IMG/VR virus record: IMGVR_UViG_3300038549_000020
Span: 1 to 62,819 of that record
DNA length: 62,819 nucleotides
DNA from: a virus
Taxonomy: Duplodnaviria; Caudoviricetes
Direction: 5' to 3' (one strand)
Below, one piece after another: positions 1 to 9,328 of the stretch (within the stretch, counting starts at the first letter, position 1; each line of letters begins with the position of its first letter). A model generated the notes under the pieces. It was not told where the DNA came from and made no database searches. It was given only the letters and a program-made list of their open reading frames with translations. A program made the translations under genes and the position numbers.

Positions 1-141
1 GAATCGGCAGTGCAGTTCGCCGTGCGGCCCGGTTTCCAGAGGCATGGCGTCGTTGGGGCAGGACGCGGGAGGTTCGCGCTGCTCGCGCAGGACCTCCTCG
101 CGCTGCTCCTGGTAGATGGAGGCAAGCTGATCCCAGGACAT
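1..141 (-). CDS. Small Zn-finger-like head-module protein, runs off the window edge
   Basis: ATG at 141-139 overlaps the upstream TGA; translates MSWDQLAAIYQEQ...SCPNDAMPLETGPHGELHCRF; not in the supplied ORF track. Confidence 0.6.
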   Translation of the reverse strand, partial: MSWDQLASIYQEQREEVLREQREPPASCPNDAMPLETGPHGELHCRF

Positions 142-917
142 CAGCAGATCCCCACCATCGGGGCCATGATCGCGTGGAGTTGCAAAACATTGGCGGCCGT
201 CAGTTTCTTGCCGGTGATGAATGGCAAGGCGATCCGGCCATGGAACTCGTTGACCGGTACGGCGGTGACCCCGGAGCAGCCAATCGTCAGGGGTGCGGCG
301 GTGTCCTCCAGGCCAACGTACGCGCCGGTCTCCACGGTGGATCCGTCGTTGACAGCGGCGGCGTCGACATACAGGTACAGCTCGGGAGTGGCCGCCGTAC
401 CGTCGTATGTGGCCACAACAAACTGCCACTGACCTGCGGTGAGGGCCGCTGTAGACGATGCGATCTCGGTGGTGTCCGCCGACTCGTCATACAGCTCGAA
501 GGTGAGCAGTCCGGTGGCGCCGACCCAGAACCGCCACTCCCGCAGGGTGCCGGCCGAGTCGTACTTCGCCATGATCGTGTTGTTGACGATCGTGTTCGGG
601 CGAATCCACGCCCCGAACGAGCAGGCCGCATCCCCCGCGAACGAGTAGTTGGCGTGGTCCACGCCAGCCAGATGATGATCACCGGTGGGATGGAAGTGGT
701 AGGAGTACAGCCCACACGGCAGTTGCAGCGGCGCGAAGTCGTCCTCCAGCGCCTCGGCGGCACCACCGGTCTCCGCCGAGGTCAGATCCCCGGCCCCGAT
801 GCAGGTGATCAGGCTTCCAGTGGCCTCCCAGAAGGGCCACAGCGAGGCCTTGGTGGTGCCCAGGACCGTGAGGATGTCGTTGAGTAGACCCTCGGTACCT
901 CGGTTATAGAGAGCCAT
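141..917 (-). CDS. LamG/concanavalin A-like lectin-domain virion protein
   Basis: Motifs SFGAWIRP, GQWQFVVATYDG, LYLYVD, LTIG...FHGRI. Confidence 0.75.
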   Translation of the reverse strand: MALYNRGTEGLLNDILTVLGTTKASLWPFWEATGSLITCIGAGDLTSAETGGAAEALEDDFAPLQLPCGLYSYHFHPTGDHHLAGVDHANYSFAGDAACSFGAWIRPNTIVNNTIMAKYDSAGTLREWRFWVGATGLLTFELYDESADTTEIASSTAALTAGQWQFVVATYDGTAATPELYLYVDAAAVNDGSTVETGAYVGLEDTAAPLTIGCSGVTAVPVNEFHGRIALPFITGKKLTAANVLQLHAIMAPMVGIC

Positions 918-1005
918 CTATTTCACCAGCTTCCGCAGCCGCAGCGGGCGTGACCACCCGAACGCCGAAGGCGCGGCGTTCGGGTGGTCACATGGACGAT
1001 CGGCA

Positions 1006-1281
1006 TCAGTCGACGGCCCTCGTAATGGGGGCGCCGTTGGGCGGGGAGACGGTCGTGGAGGTGCGTGCCACGGTCGTGGACACCCGCTGAGCCCCGGCGG
1101 CGTCGGTGGCGACCTTCGTGGTCTTCCCTCCACCACTGCTGGCCTTGGCGGGCTTGCGGCGGGGCAGCGGCTCCGCTGGCGGTGGTGTCGCTGGCGACGG
1201 AGCTGCAGGCTCCCGACAGCCACAGTTGGCGCACGGCGCATCCAGCCACGGCAGTGCGCAGTCGCGACAGGTCTGCTGCAT
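1006..1281 (-). CDS. Small Cys-rich (CxxC...CxxC) protein with low-complexity tail
   Basis: ORF with an RBS-like GGGGA, inside the head operon. Confidence 0.5.
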   Translation of the reverse strand: MQQTCRDCALPWLDAPCANCGCREPAAPSPATPPPAEPLPRRKPAKASSGGGKTTKVATDAAGAQRVSTTVARTSTTVSPPNGAPITRAVD

Positions 1282-1299
1282 GGTGATCCCCTATCCAGA

Positions 1300-2238
1300 T
1301 CAGGCCGTGGAGGCGGTGCCCCAGTAGCCACCGCGCTCGCCTGCGAGATTGACGACCTGGGCATCGAACACCGCGGCCGCAGCGGCGACGGTCGACAGGT
1401 TGAAGCCGTTCGCGTCGTGGCTGGCGCCGAATGTGTACGTGTTGATGACCAACCCGGTCGTGCCTGCGTTGAGGACGACTCCGCCGTCCTGGGCGGCCGA
1501 CAGGTTGTACATGTACGCGCCCTTGATCAGCATGTTCAGGTTTGCCGCACTGGTGACGATCGATCCACCGGTGTGCGTGCCGTAGATCCATACGTCCTCG
1601 ATGTGGACGTCGGCGACGGCGGACGTGACGCTGATCGCCTGAACGGATGCGTCTCCGGCCGCACCAGCGAACTTGAAGCCCTTGATCTTGGCGCGGGTGG
1701 ATCCGGCGCCAAGGATCAGGAAGTCGACGAACTGGGCGGTCGCCCCACCCTCGCGGGCCTCAATGTTCGTGAGGGTGACATCGGCGGCCGTGACGGTGAT
1801 ACCCGCGACAACGTCAGTGACCCCGGAAACCGTGCACAAGATGTTGTCCACCGAGCAGGACGCGGCTGTGATCAGCCAGGTCGCGGCGGCGGCGGAAAAT
1901 GTGAACGTAGGCCGGATCCCACCCTGGCCGAGGCCGATGACCTTAACCCCGGCGATGTCCATGGTGATCGTCCCGGCTCCTGACACCGTCTCCGCGTGGG
2001 AGGGCATCAGGTAGACGGTGTCGCCGGAGCCCACCAGGTCAGAGGAGAACGCATAGGACAGGGTGCTGAATGGGGCCTCTGGCGAGTAGCCGTGATTGGT
2101 GGTCGCCCCCGCCCCAGTGGCGTTGGAATCGACGAACCACAGATCACCTGGGGTGCGGTCGATCCCTTCGACGGTGAACGGCCCGCCGGGCGCGTTCCGA
2201 ACGAACAGGGGCGAGAACTTCGCCTGGGTACTTGGCAT
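1300..2238 (-). CDS. Parallel beta-helix (pectate lyase-like) virion protein
   Basis: WFVDS...GYSPEAPFSTL...GDTVYLMPSHAET N-terminal cap followed by beta-helix-like repeats. Confidence 0.65.
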   Translation of the reverse strand: MPSTQAKFSPLFVRNAPGGPFTVEGIDRTPGDLWFVDSNATGAGATTNHGYSPEAPFSTLSYAFSSDLVGSGDTVYLMPSHAETVSGAGTITMDIAGVKVIGLGQGGIRPTFTFSAAAATWLITAASCSVDNILCTVSGVTDVVAGITVTAADVTLTNIEAREGGATAQFVDFLILGAGSTRAKIKGFKFAGAAGDASVQAISVTSAVADVHIEDVWIYGTHTGGSIVTSAANLNMLIKGAYMYNLSAAQDGGVVLNAGTTGLVINTYTFGASHDANGFNLSTVAAAAAVFDAQVVNLAGERGGYWGTASTA

Positions 2239-2322
2239 CGCGCATCTCCCTTTTCGGGGTTCGAACCCTTGTTGGGCAGTGCTCCGGCGCCGATCTGCGA
2301 GCGCACGCCGGAGCTGGGTAGG

Positions 2323-2865
2323 TCAGGCGTTGGCCGCACCCGGGTTGAGCAGGTTCGGCAGGTTCGCCGGGGTCCGCTGCTGCTTGAGGTCGTGGAGGAC
2401 ATACAGGCAGCCGCACAGGCAGGCCGTACCGTTGTCGCTGGTGGCGGTCAGGGACACGTGGGTGTATCCGGCGCCCAGGGCGTGCGCGGGGACGTGGATG
2501 GCGACGAGCTTCTGCAGCAGGCCATAGGACGTTCCGATGTCGCACTCGCTGGCCTCGGACTGGGTGACCCGCGTCCACGATTCGTCGTTGTCCAGAGCCG
2601 CCTCGGACTTGACGTACCACTCGGTGACACCCGTCGAGGTGGATACGCCGGTCGAGTCCAGGTCGGCGCTGGTGCCGCCGGTGTAGGCGGTGTGCTGCTG
2701 CACATCGACGGTGAAGCCGGCCGGACCGGTGCCAGCGAACACGACAAACGTGATCGCCGACGCGTTCTCCATGCTGATGCGTTTGCCCGTGGCGCCGTTG
2801 GCGTCGTCGAGGTCGACGGGCACCCACCCGACACCCAAGTCGAACAGACGTCCGAGTCCTTGCAT
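2323..2865 (-). CDS. Putative capsid decoration/cement protein
   Basis: Directly after the major capsid gene; beta-rich 180 aa; GGAGAGG RBS. Confidence 0.55.
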   Translation of the reverse strand: MQGLGRLFDLGVGWVPVDLDDANGATGKRISMENASAITFVVFAGTGPAGFTVDVQQHTAYTGGTSADLDSTGVSTSTGVTEWYVKSEAALDNDESWTRVTQSEASECDIGTSYGLLQKLVAIHVPAHALGAGYTHVSLTATSDNGTACLCGCLYVLHDLKQQRTPANLPNLLNPGAANA

Positions 2866-3027
2866 TGATTGTCCTCTCCGCTTCCAGGGTGTTAATGCTG
2901 GTCGCTGCGGCCTACCGGGATTTCGTCCCTCGGCCTAGAGTGCTTCTCCAGGTAGCGGGTTGCTTCCAGGAGCAATACCGGATCATCACGACCGGGGCCG
3001 GTCACCCGGCCCCTCGGCCGCGAGTGG

Positions 3028-4377
3028 CTAGGCCCGCTCGTCCAGGACGACGTAGGCGGACAAGGTGCTGGCGGAGCCGTTCTTCGGCGTGATCGCACTC
3101 AGCAGCCACGGCCGACCGTCGACCCGCTCGGAGACCATGTAGCAGGTCTTGCCGTAGGCGAATTTGTAGTGAGTGCTGGAGTCCATGAACATCTGCTGGC
3201 GGTCGCCGAGCAAGTAGAACCGACGGTCGACAAAGGCGATGTCGCACTGGTCACCGAGGGGTGCGGTCTTCTCGGTGAAGTAGACGGGCCGTCCGTAGAT
3301 CGTAACCGGAGGTGCGCCGACGATCCCGTTGTTCAGCCACACCGGAGACCCGCCCGTACCGACGTTGATAGCCATCTCAGCCAGCTGCGGGAACGTGTCA
3401 ATCGCGGCGATCCACACCGCGTTCATCAGGGACGACGGCAGCATGCGGGAGAACATCTTGTCGATGTTCTTCTTGACGATCGTGTCGGCCAGTTGACCGG
3501 CCTCTTTCGCCACGCTGACACGGCCCTTGCCCTTGAGACAGCCGAGCGGTTCACCCGTCCCGTTGCCCATGAGCATCTTGTAGTCCTCCTCGAATTTGAT
3601 CGCGGAGGGCATGGCCATGCCCAAAAACGCGGACATCGCCGGGGCGTCCTGGAGCAAGTCGTTGGGGACTTCGGCGTACGCGCAGAGACTCTGCTCGCTG
3701 GTGTCCAGGGCGACGCGGGCGAACTTCGCCGAGGTTTCGGTGACCGCGGCGGCCTCGCTCGTCCAGTAGGCGACGACGCCACCGAAGACGCTGGATGCGT
3801 GGCTGGTGACATCCACCGCCGGAAGGCTCACCTTGGCCGTGGACATGGGAATGATCGTCGCCCCGGGGCGCATGATCGCCTCTTCGAGCGACAGCGACAG
3901 GATGTCCGAGCGCATGGTCTCGGGCATGAGGAATCCGCCATCCGCCGGAGCACCCTCGCTGTAGGCGTTGCGGAGCATGGCGAGCTTGTCGGTGTACTTA
4001 GGGTTGTCCCGGTTGCCGTGGTGCACGGTCCAGAGGAGATCGGCGAAGTCGGAGAACTTGCCGTCGAGCGGTGCGCCAGCGGCGGCCTTGTTGTACAGGC
4101 CGTCGCGGCGGGCGATGGTGCTGCCGCGCTCCTGGCCGGTCAGGTTGGGCCGCTTGATCGTCGTGGCGTTGGTCTCGCGGAGGAAGTCGGCCATGGTCTT
4201 CTGGACTTCGAGGCGAACCTGTTCGCCGATGCCCGGATCGGACTTCGCGTTGGCCGCGGCGTAAGCCTTGATCAGGTCGGGGAACTGTCCCTCCTTGAGT
4301 AGAGCGGCGACCTGCTTGCCGTCATTGAGCATTTCCTCCAGCTCAGCGGGAGCGGTAGGGATTACGATCTTGGTCAC
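3028..4377 (-). CDS. Major capsid protein (HK97 fold)
   Basis: DGGFLMPE, GNGTGEPLG, IYGRPVYFTE, ERVDGRP motifs; follows the protease gene. Confidence 0.95.
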   Translation of the reverse strand: MTKIVIPTAPAELEEMLNDGKQVAALLKEGQFPDLIKAYAAANAKSDPGIGEQVRLEVQKTMADFLRETNATTIKRPNLTGQERGSTIARRDGLYNKAAAGAPLDGKFSDFADLLWTVHHGNRDNPKYTDKLAMLRNAYSEGAPADGGFLMPETMRSDILSLSLEEAIMRPGATIIPMSTAKVSLPAVDVTSHASSVFGGVVAYWTSEAAAVTETSAKFARVALDTSEQSLCAYAEVPNDLLQDAPAMSAFLGMAMPSAIKFEEDYKMLMGNGTGEPLGCLKGKGRVSVAKEAGQLADTIVKKNIDKMFSRMLPSSLMNAVWIAAIDTFPQLAEMAINVGTGGSPVWLNNGIVGAPPVTIYGRPVYFTEKTAPLGDQCDIAFVDRRFYLLGDRQQMFMDSSTHYKFAYGKTCYMVSERVDGRPWLLSAITPKNGSASTLSAYVVLDERA

Positions 4378-5117
4378 GCGAATGCTCCCCTCAGAGCGTC
4401 AGTGATGGCGGCAAGGTCGATGTCGTCGTCGGTCGGGTCGTCGAGTTTCGGTGCCGGGGCGGCGGCCCGCCCCGAGTAGTTGAAGATCGACAGGTCCCAG
4501 CTGTTCTGTTTCGAGGAGGTGCCGGACACCTCGTCGACCAGGCCCGCCTCCAGAGCCTCGGCGGCGGTGAACCACGTCTCGGCGAGCATCAGCTCACGCC
4601 ACTCGCCGACCGTCCTCTTGCGACGTTTCCCGCCGCAGTTGGCGCAGCGCTCGGCGTAGATGTCGGCCAGGTTGTCGCTGGTGGCGTCCAGGCGGTCCGC
4701 CTGCTCGCGCAGTTCGGCGGCCGAGCCGATGCCCAGCGTCCGCGCCTCGTGGATCATCATCGTGGCGTTGCGGGCCATGATCCGGTGATCACCACCCTGG
4801 GCGATCACGCTCGCGATCGACGCGGCCAGGCTGTCGATATAGACGGTGACCTGGGCCTCGTGCTGGCGCAGGGCCTCGTAGATGGCGATCCCGTCATACA
4901 CTTCCCCACCAGGGGAGTTCAGATGTACGCTGATGCGATCACGGTCGATCTCTGCGAACTCGCGGACGAAATCGGCCGCAGTGATCCCGAAGTAGCCGAT
5001 CTCGTCGTAGATGTAGACCGCCGCTCCGTCGGCCTTGTTGGTCTGGATGCTGTACCAGTCGGCGCGACCCTCACGGAGTCGCGCTACCGGACGCGCGGTT
5101 TTGAGTCGGTCACGCAC
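4374..5117 (-). CDS. ClpP-family prohead maturation protease
   Basis: LNSPGGEVYDG, AASIASVI, MMIHEA, ETWFTAAEALEAGLVDEV; true start is GTG at 5117 with an AAGGAGG RBS, overlapping the portal stop. Confidence 0.92.
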   Translation of the reverse strand: MRDRLKTARPVARLREGRADWYSIQTNKADGAAVYIYDEIGYFGITAADFVREFAEIDRDRISVHLNSPGGEVYDGIAIYEALRQHEAQVTVYIDSLAASIASVIAQGGDHRIMARNATMMIHEARTLGIGSAAELREQADRLDATSDNLADIYAERCANCGGKRRKRTVGEWRELMLAETWFTAAEALEAGLVDEVSGTSSKQNSWDLSIFNYSGRAAAPAPKLDDPTDDDIDLAAITDALRGAFA

Positions 5118-7971
5118 CGGTGTCCTCCTTCTTCTCCCAGACGGGGATGATCTGACCCCGGCATCGCACCCCGCCTGAGCAGTGCAGATAGCCCTTGACC
5201 GGGTACATGGCGCGGGCGGCCGGAAGCGTGGCGAATTCAGTCCCGTCAATCTCCGCGCACGCGGGGCAGCGATTGGTGTCATTGACCTCGCACGCCACGT
5301 AGCGGGTCGGCTGCGGCGAAGCGGCGGCCATGGTCTCCACCCGCCCGGCATGCTGGGCCTGACTGAGCGCACCGCCCAGCTGGTCACGCGGATACCGGTC
5401 CGACAGCTCCTCCAGGTGCTGGCGCACCAGCTCGGCCACCTCAGCGCCCGTGGTCAGCTCACCCGCCACCCGCAGCGCCTCCTGGCCAGCGGTCACGGCC
5501 AGGCTGGAGGCCATCAGAGCGGCGACGGTGGCGGCGGCCGCCGTCATCTCGGCTTCTGGCGGGACCTGCTCGACGACCGTCACACCCTGGGCGGCGGCCT
5601 CCTGCCTCACACTGATCGCACCCAGCAGAGCCAGGGCGATCATCGCGGCGGCGAGGGCCGCGGTCGCGTCGTCGGTGTCGGCCTCCAACTCAGACAGGCC
5701 CTCGGTGTCGCCCTTGTCCACGGCGATACGGATCTGCTCCAGGATCTGCTCGCGCTGACGTGCGCCGAGGCGCTGCCACTGATCCAGCAGGTCCTCCACG
5801 GCGGATTCCCAGTCCCGCTGGAGGCGGCGCATGGACTCCTCGACCGCCTCATCGAGATCGGCCTGCGCGTGGAGGATCGGCCCGGGATGCGGAGGGTTGT
5901 GGTGGGCACACGTGTGTGCCGGTCCGCGCTCACCCTGCGGCCCACGGGGGCCAGCCGGTCCGAGGTCGCCCTGGGGTCCGACCGGTCCGGTCTGGCCGAC
6001 GGGTCCGATCTCGCCACGTTCGCCGCGCGGGCCCTCCGCCCCGATTGGACCGGGCAGCCCACGCTCGCCGCGTTCGCCGCGCGGGCCGCGCTCACCGCGG
6101 GGTCCGGCGGGGCCGAGGTCGCCCACGGGTCCGGTGGGGCCGATCTCGCCGCGTGGTCCGCGTTCGCCGCGTTCGCCCGTGGGTCCAGCTGGTCCTGTCT
6201 CGCCGATGGGGCCGATGGGTCCTGGTTCGCCCGGGGTTCCCGGGATGCCGTCTGTGCCGCGCTCGCCCTTCGGGCCGCGTTCGCCGCGTTCTCCCTGGGG
6301 GCCGAGGTCGCCCACTGGGCCAATGGGTCCGGTCTCGCCGCGCGGGCCGCGCTCTCCCCGAGGTCCAACTGGGCCGAGCAGGCCGGGATCGCCGCGCTCA
6401 CCTGGCTCGCCGCGCTCCCCGGCTGGGCCAATAGCGCCGACGGGACCGGTCTCTCCGCGTGGTCCGCGTTCGCCGCGTTCGCCCGGCTCGCCCCGTTCAC
6501 CCACGGGGCCGATGGGTCCAAGTTCGCCGCGCGGACCACGCTCGCCCCGCTCGCCCTGGGGACCGGTCTTGCCCTCTGGTCCTGGTGCTCCGGTGGCGCC
6601 AACGGGTCCGGTCTCGCCGCGTTCGCCCACCGGCCCAGGGATGCCCCGGTCGCCGCGTTCGCCGCGCGGGCCGCGTTCGCCTCGGGGACCGACAGGCCCG
6701 GTCTCTCCGCGCAGGAGGTTTCCGTACCGCTGGTACATGGCGGTGACCAGCTGCTCGGGGGCCTCGCCGTGGTGGGGCATGGGCGGGAGTCCCACCATGG
6801 CGAGGACACCGGCCGGCTCGAAGCCCGCGGCGATCAGGCTGGTGGCTGCGGCGACCTTCGAGGCGAGGTCGGCGCGCAGTGCCTCGGCGTCGGCGGGTAC
6901 CGGGGAGTCGTAGTCCAGTTCGTACAGTTCGGCGTCGCGCTGGCCGAAGAGCGGCAGGTAGCGGGCGTTGAGGACGCCTTTCCACCGCTCCAGGCGGGGC
7001 ACGGTGAGCTGTTCGGCGAACCAGGTCTTGGATGCCTCGGCGGTGGCGCGGTTGACGTCGTCGAGGATGCCGAGGGCGAATGCCGGGATGCGGAATGCCT
7101 CCCGGATGACCTCGCGGGAGACCTCGCGGAGCTCGACGAACTGCATGTCACGCTGGGAGAGCCTGTTCTCGACCCATTCGCCCATTTCGATGATGGCGAC
7201 GCGGTGAGCGTTGGCCACGCCCTGGTGCTGCTCGCGCCAGCGCAGGCACATCTCGTCGAATTCCTCATCGGACAGTCGACGATCGACCTTGATCATTCCG
7301 CCGGGGGCCGCGCTGTTGATGAAGAAGTTCCGGTTCCACTCAGCGCTGTATTTGGCCGAGTCGATGTCGGCGAGGATGGCCTGCACCGGCCCCATGCCCC
7401 GGTACGGATCCAGCGGATTGGGCATGCGCAACTGGAGGACGTCCTCCAGGGGCAGCGGCACCGTCTCCCCGGACGGACCGGTGTACTCCCAGCCGACCAG
7501 GTAGTCAGTGGCAGAGGCGACCGGGGTCATGCGGTCGGGGCGCACCGGCCACAGCTCCAGAGGGATCGACCGCATCCGCTCATCGCGGGCGACGACAAGG
7601 AACCCCTCGCCGACCAGGTCAAGATGCTGCTGACAGGTCTCGATCAACAGCTGGCGGTTGAAGAAGGAGTTGGGCTTGTTGAGGACGTCCAGCGCCAGAT
7701 GCCTAGTGACCTCGACGCGGTCTTCCTTGCGCCCGGATGCGGCCTTGCGCCACAGTCGCCAGTTGACGGCGGCGGTGGCGTTCGAGGTGCAGTTGACGAT
7801 CGCATAGACCGTCCCGTTCGCACCCATGGCCTCCATCTGGCCGACCGCACCGGTGCGGACAAGGGAGCCGAACAGTCCGCCACGGCCGGCGTAGCGCGGC
7901 ACGTAGGGCACGGGAGCGCGGTTGACGACACGCTGAGTGAGTGCTCCGAGGGCACCCACCAGTGATCGCAT
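5110..7971 (-). CDS. HK97-type portal protein fused to a collagen-like region and a C-terminal MuF-like domain
   Basis: Portal motifs (LWPVRPDRM, PYRGMGPV, FFINSAAPGG, DMQFVELR, IREAFRIP); 88 Gly-X-Y triplets; C-terminal DTNRCPAC..IDG...HC.GGVRCRG. Confidence 0.9.
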   Translation of the reverse strand: MRSLVGALGALTQRVVNRAPVPYVPRYAGRGGLFGSLVRTGAVGQMEAMGANGTVYAIVNCTSNATAAVNWRLWRKAASGRKEDRVEVTRHLALDVLNKPNSFFNRQLLIETCQQHLDLVGEGFLVVARDERMRSIPLELWPVRPDRMTPVASATDYLVGWEYTGPSGETVPLPLEDVLQLRMPNPLDPYRGMGPVQAILADIDSAKYSAEWNRNFFINSAAPGGMIKVDRRLSDEEFDEMCLRWREQHQGVANAHRVAIIEMGEWVENRLSQRDMQFVELREVSREVIREAFRIPAFALGILDDVNRATAEASKTWFAEQLTVPRLERWKGVLNARYLPLFGQRDAELYELDYDSPVPADAEALRADLASKVAAATSLIAAGFEPAGVLAMVGLPPMPHHGEAPEQLVTAMYQRYGNLLRGETGPVGPRGERGPRGERGDRGIPGPVGERGETGPVGATGAPGPEGKTGPQGERGERGPRGELGPIGPVGERGEPGERGERGPRGETGPVGAIGPAGERGEPGERGDPGLLGPVGPRGERGPRGETGPIGPVGDLGPQGERGERGPKGERGTDGIPGTPGEPGPIGPIGETGPAGPTGERGERGPRGEIGPTGPVGDLGPAGPRGERGPRGERGERGLPGPIGAEGPRGERGEIGPVGQTGPVGPQGDLGPAGPRGPQGERGPAHTCAHHNPPHPGPILHAQADLDEAVEESMRRLQRDWESAVEDLLDQWQRLGARQREQILEQIRIAVDKGDTEGLSELEADTDDATAALAAAMIALALLGAISVRQEAAAQGVTVVEQVPPEAEMTAAAATVAALMASSLAVTAGQEALRVAGELTTGAEVAELVRQHLEELSDRYPRDQLGGALSQAQHAGRVETMAAASPQPTRYVACEVNDTNRCPACAEIDGTEFATLPAARAMYPVKGYLHCSGGVRCRGQIIPVWEKKEDTGA
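5917..6708 (-). repeat. Collagen Gly-X-Y repeat, 88 uninterrupted triplets
   Basis: 792 nt = 88 x 9 nt of GER/GPR/GPV/GET-type triplets, in frame within the portal ORF. Confidence 0.95.
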
Positions 7972-8108
7972 GGCGGCATTGTCACGGCTGGATTGGTGCT
8001 GTCAGCTGGCCAAACGCCCACCGTCCAGACTGACATGTCCAAATCGGATCATCATGATCATGGCAATGATCGCCGTCACCATCGGTGAGATCAGCATGAT
8101 GTCAGACT

Positions 8109-8549
8109 GTGCGCATGGCGGCATATGGGATCCCGATCGGGCCGGCTGGCACGACCCTGCGCATCAACCTCCTCCACATCCGCACCAGCAGACACCTCAG
8201 CCGCCCCGGACTGGCCGGAGCGGTCCGCGAGGAGACCGGGCGGGCACTGCCGGAGATCGCGATCCGACGCATCGAGGAGGGCAACCGACGCGTCGACGTC
8301 GACGACCTCATCGCCCTGGCCGTCGCACTCGACATCACCCCCGTCGACCTGCTGATCCCCGGGTCGGCCGACGACGACACCACCTATCGGGCCGCCCCAA
8401 GATTGGAGATGACAGCCGGCGTAGCGCGGGCGTGGCTGGGTGGTCAGATACTCCGGCGTCCTCAGACGGCGCTGGAGTTGGCCGAGGCCATCCGGTGGAT
8501 GCCGCAGCAGAGGGCGCGGGAGACAGCCCGGATGTGGAGCGGCGACTAG
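8109..8549 (+). CDS. XRE-family HTH transcriptional regulator, inverted within the packaging operon
   Basis: LSRPGLA...IRRIEEGNRRVDVDDLIALAVALDITPVDLL. Confidence 0.8.
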   Translation: MRMAAYGIPIGPAGTTLRINLLHIRTSRHLSRPGLAGAVREETGRALPEIAIRRIEEGNRRVDVDDLIALAVALDITPVDLLIPGSADDDTTYRAAPRLEMTAGVARAWLGGQILRRPQTALELAEAIRWMPQQRARETARMWSGD

Positions 8550-8740
8550 CGGCGGCCCGGCCGCTGATCGGCGTCCTGATCAGACGGCTGGTCCGGTCGG
8601 ATCATCCACGCCAGCACCAGGCAGGCCCCGGCGGAGGCCAGCGTCCCCGTGCGCCAGCCCCAGCCCCAGGCCGCGGTGACGACCCCGGCGAGGGCGACCA
8701 GCTCCAGGACGGTAGTAAGGGCGGAGCGGAGGCGGGACAC
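8546..8740 (-). CDS. Small two-TM membrane protein upstream of the portal
   Basis: Two hydrophobic segments; position typical of HK97-like phages. Confidence 0.6.
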   Translation of the reverse strand: MSRLRSALTTVLELVALAGVVTAAWGWGWRTGTLASAGACLVLAWMIRPDQPSDQDADQRPGRR

Positions 8741-8741
8741 G

Positions 8742-8978
8742 CTATGCTCCGGCGTTCTCTGCTGGATCCGGCGTCGGATCGGGTCTCACGGCAGCCATAC
8801 ACGACACACCGTTGACGACCACGACCTTGATTCCCATCGCCTCCATCGGGGCGAATCCCTGGACCAATGCGTCCATCCACTCGTCGCTCACCATCGGATT
8901 ATTGATGCCGATGACCAGCACGTCACCGGGTCGGACAATGGCGGCCAGGTGGGATGTGGGTACGGCCTGGGTGTTCAC
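8742..8978 (-). CDS. Hypothetical protein
   Basis: ATGA overlap with the upstream gene. Confidence 0.55.
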   Translation of the reverse strand: MNTQAVPTSHLAAIVRPGDVLVIGINNPMVSDEWMDALVQGFAPMEAMGIKVVVVNGVSCMAAVRPDPTPDPAENAGA

Positions 8979-9328
8979 CAGCTCCGCCAGATCGAGTTGT
9001 CCGCATCATGTCCGTTACGGATCGCGGCACAGATGTCCCGATGCTCCTTCAGGGCTTCTGCGCGGGTGATGTTGCGCCACTGCCGTTCATGCCATGGATG
9101 ACCAGGCCGGGAGAAAGTCATCGTCTCGAACATTCCCCAGCTCGGGGAGTCGACGCCGCGAAACACGGTGGATACCTCGACGTCTCCGACCTGGTCAAGG
9201 AGGATACGGCTACGCTCCGGGTCGCTGTGCCACTGGGCCCATGCCATGATGTCCGGCTCTGGTGCTGGGTTGCCGTCGGCGTCCAGGATGTATGTGTACG
9301 CATGGTGCTTGCGATGCTGGTCGATCAT
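8975..9328 (-). CDS. Hypothetical phage protein
   Basis: EVSTVFRG...FETMTF motif seen in actinophage proteins; coupled to terL. Confidence 0.6.
   Translation of the reverse strand: MIDQHRKHHAYTYILDADGNPAPEPDIMAWAQWHSDPERSRILLDQVGDVEVSTVFRGVDSPSWGMFETMTFSRPGHPWHERQWRNITRAEALKEHRDICAAIRNGHDADNSIWRSW

Noticed and set aside
2257-2268. GGGTTCGAACCC as a tRNA T-arm
   Set aside because: An isolated palindrome with no acceptor, D or anticodon arms around it.
4374-5387. 337-aa protease with a long N-terminal extension
   Set aside because: The extension overlaps the portal C-terminus; the RBS supports GTG at 5117.
5182-7965. Long plus-strand ORFs (927, 360 and 224 aa) with GPRSP repeats
   Set aside because: Antisense shadows of the GC-rich collagen and portal codons; no RBS or domain evidence.
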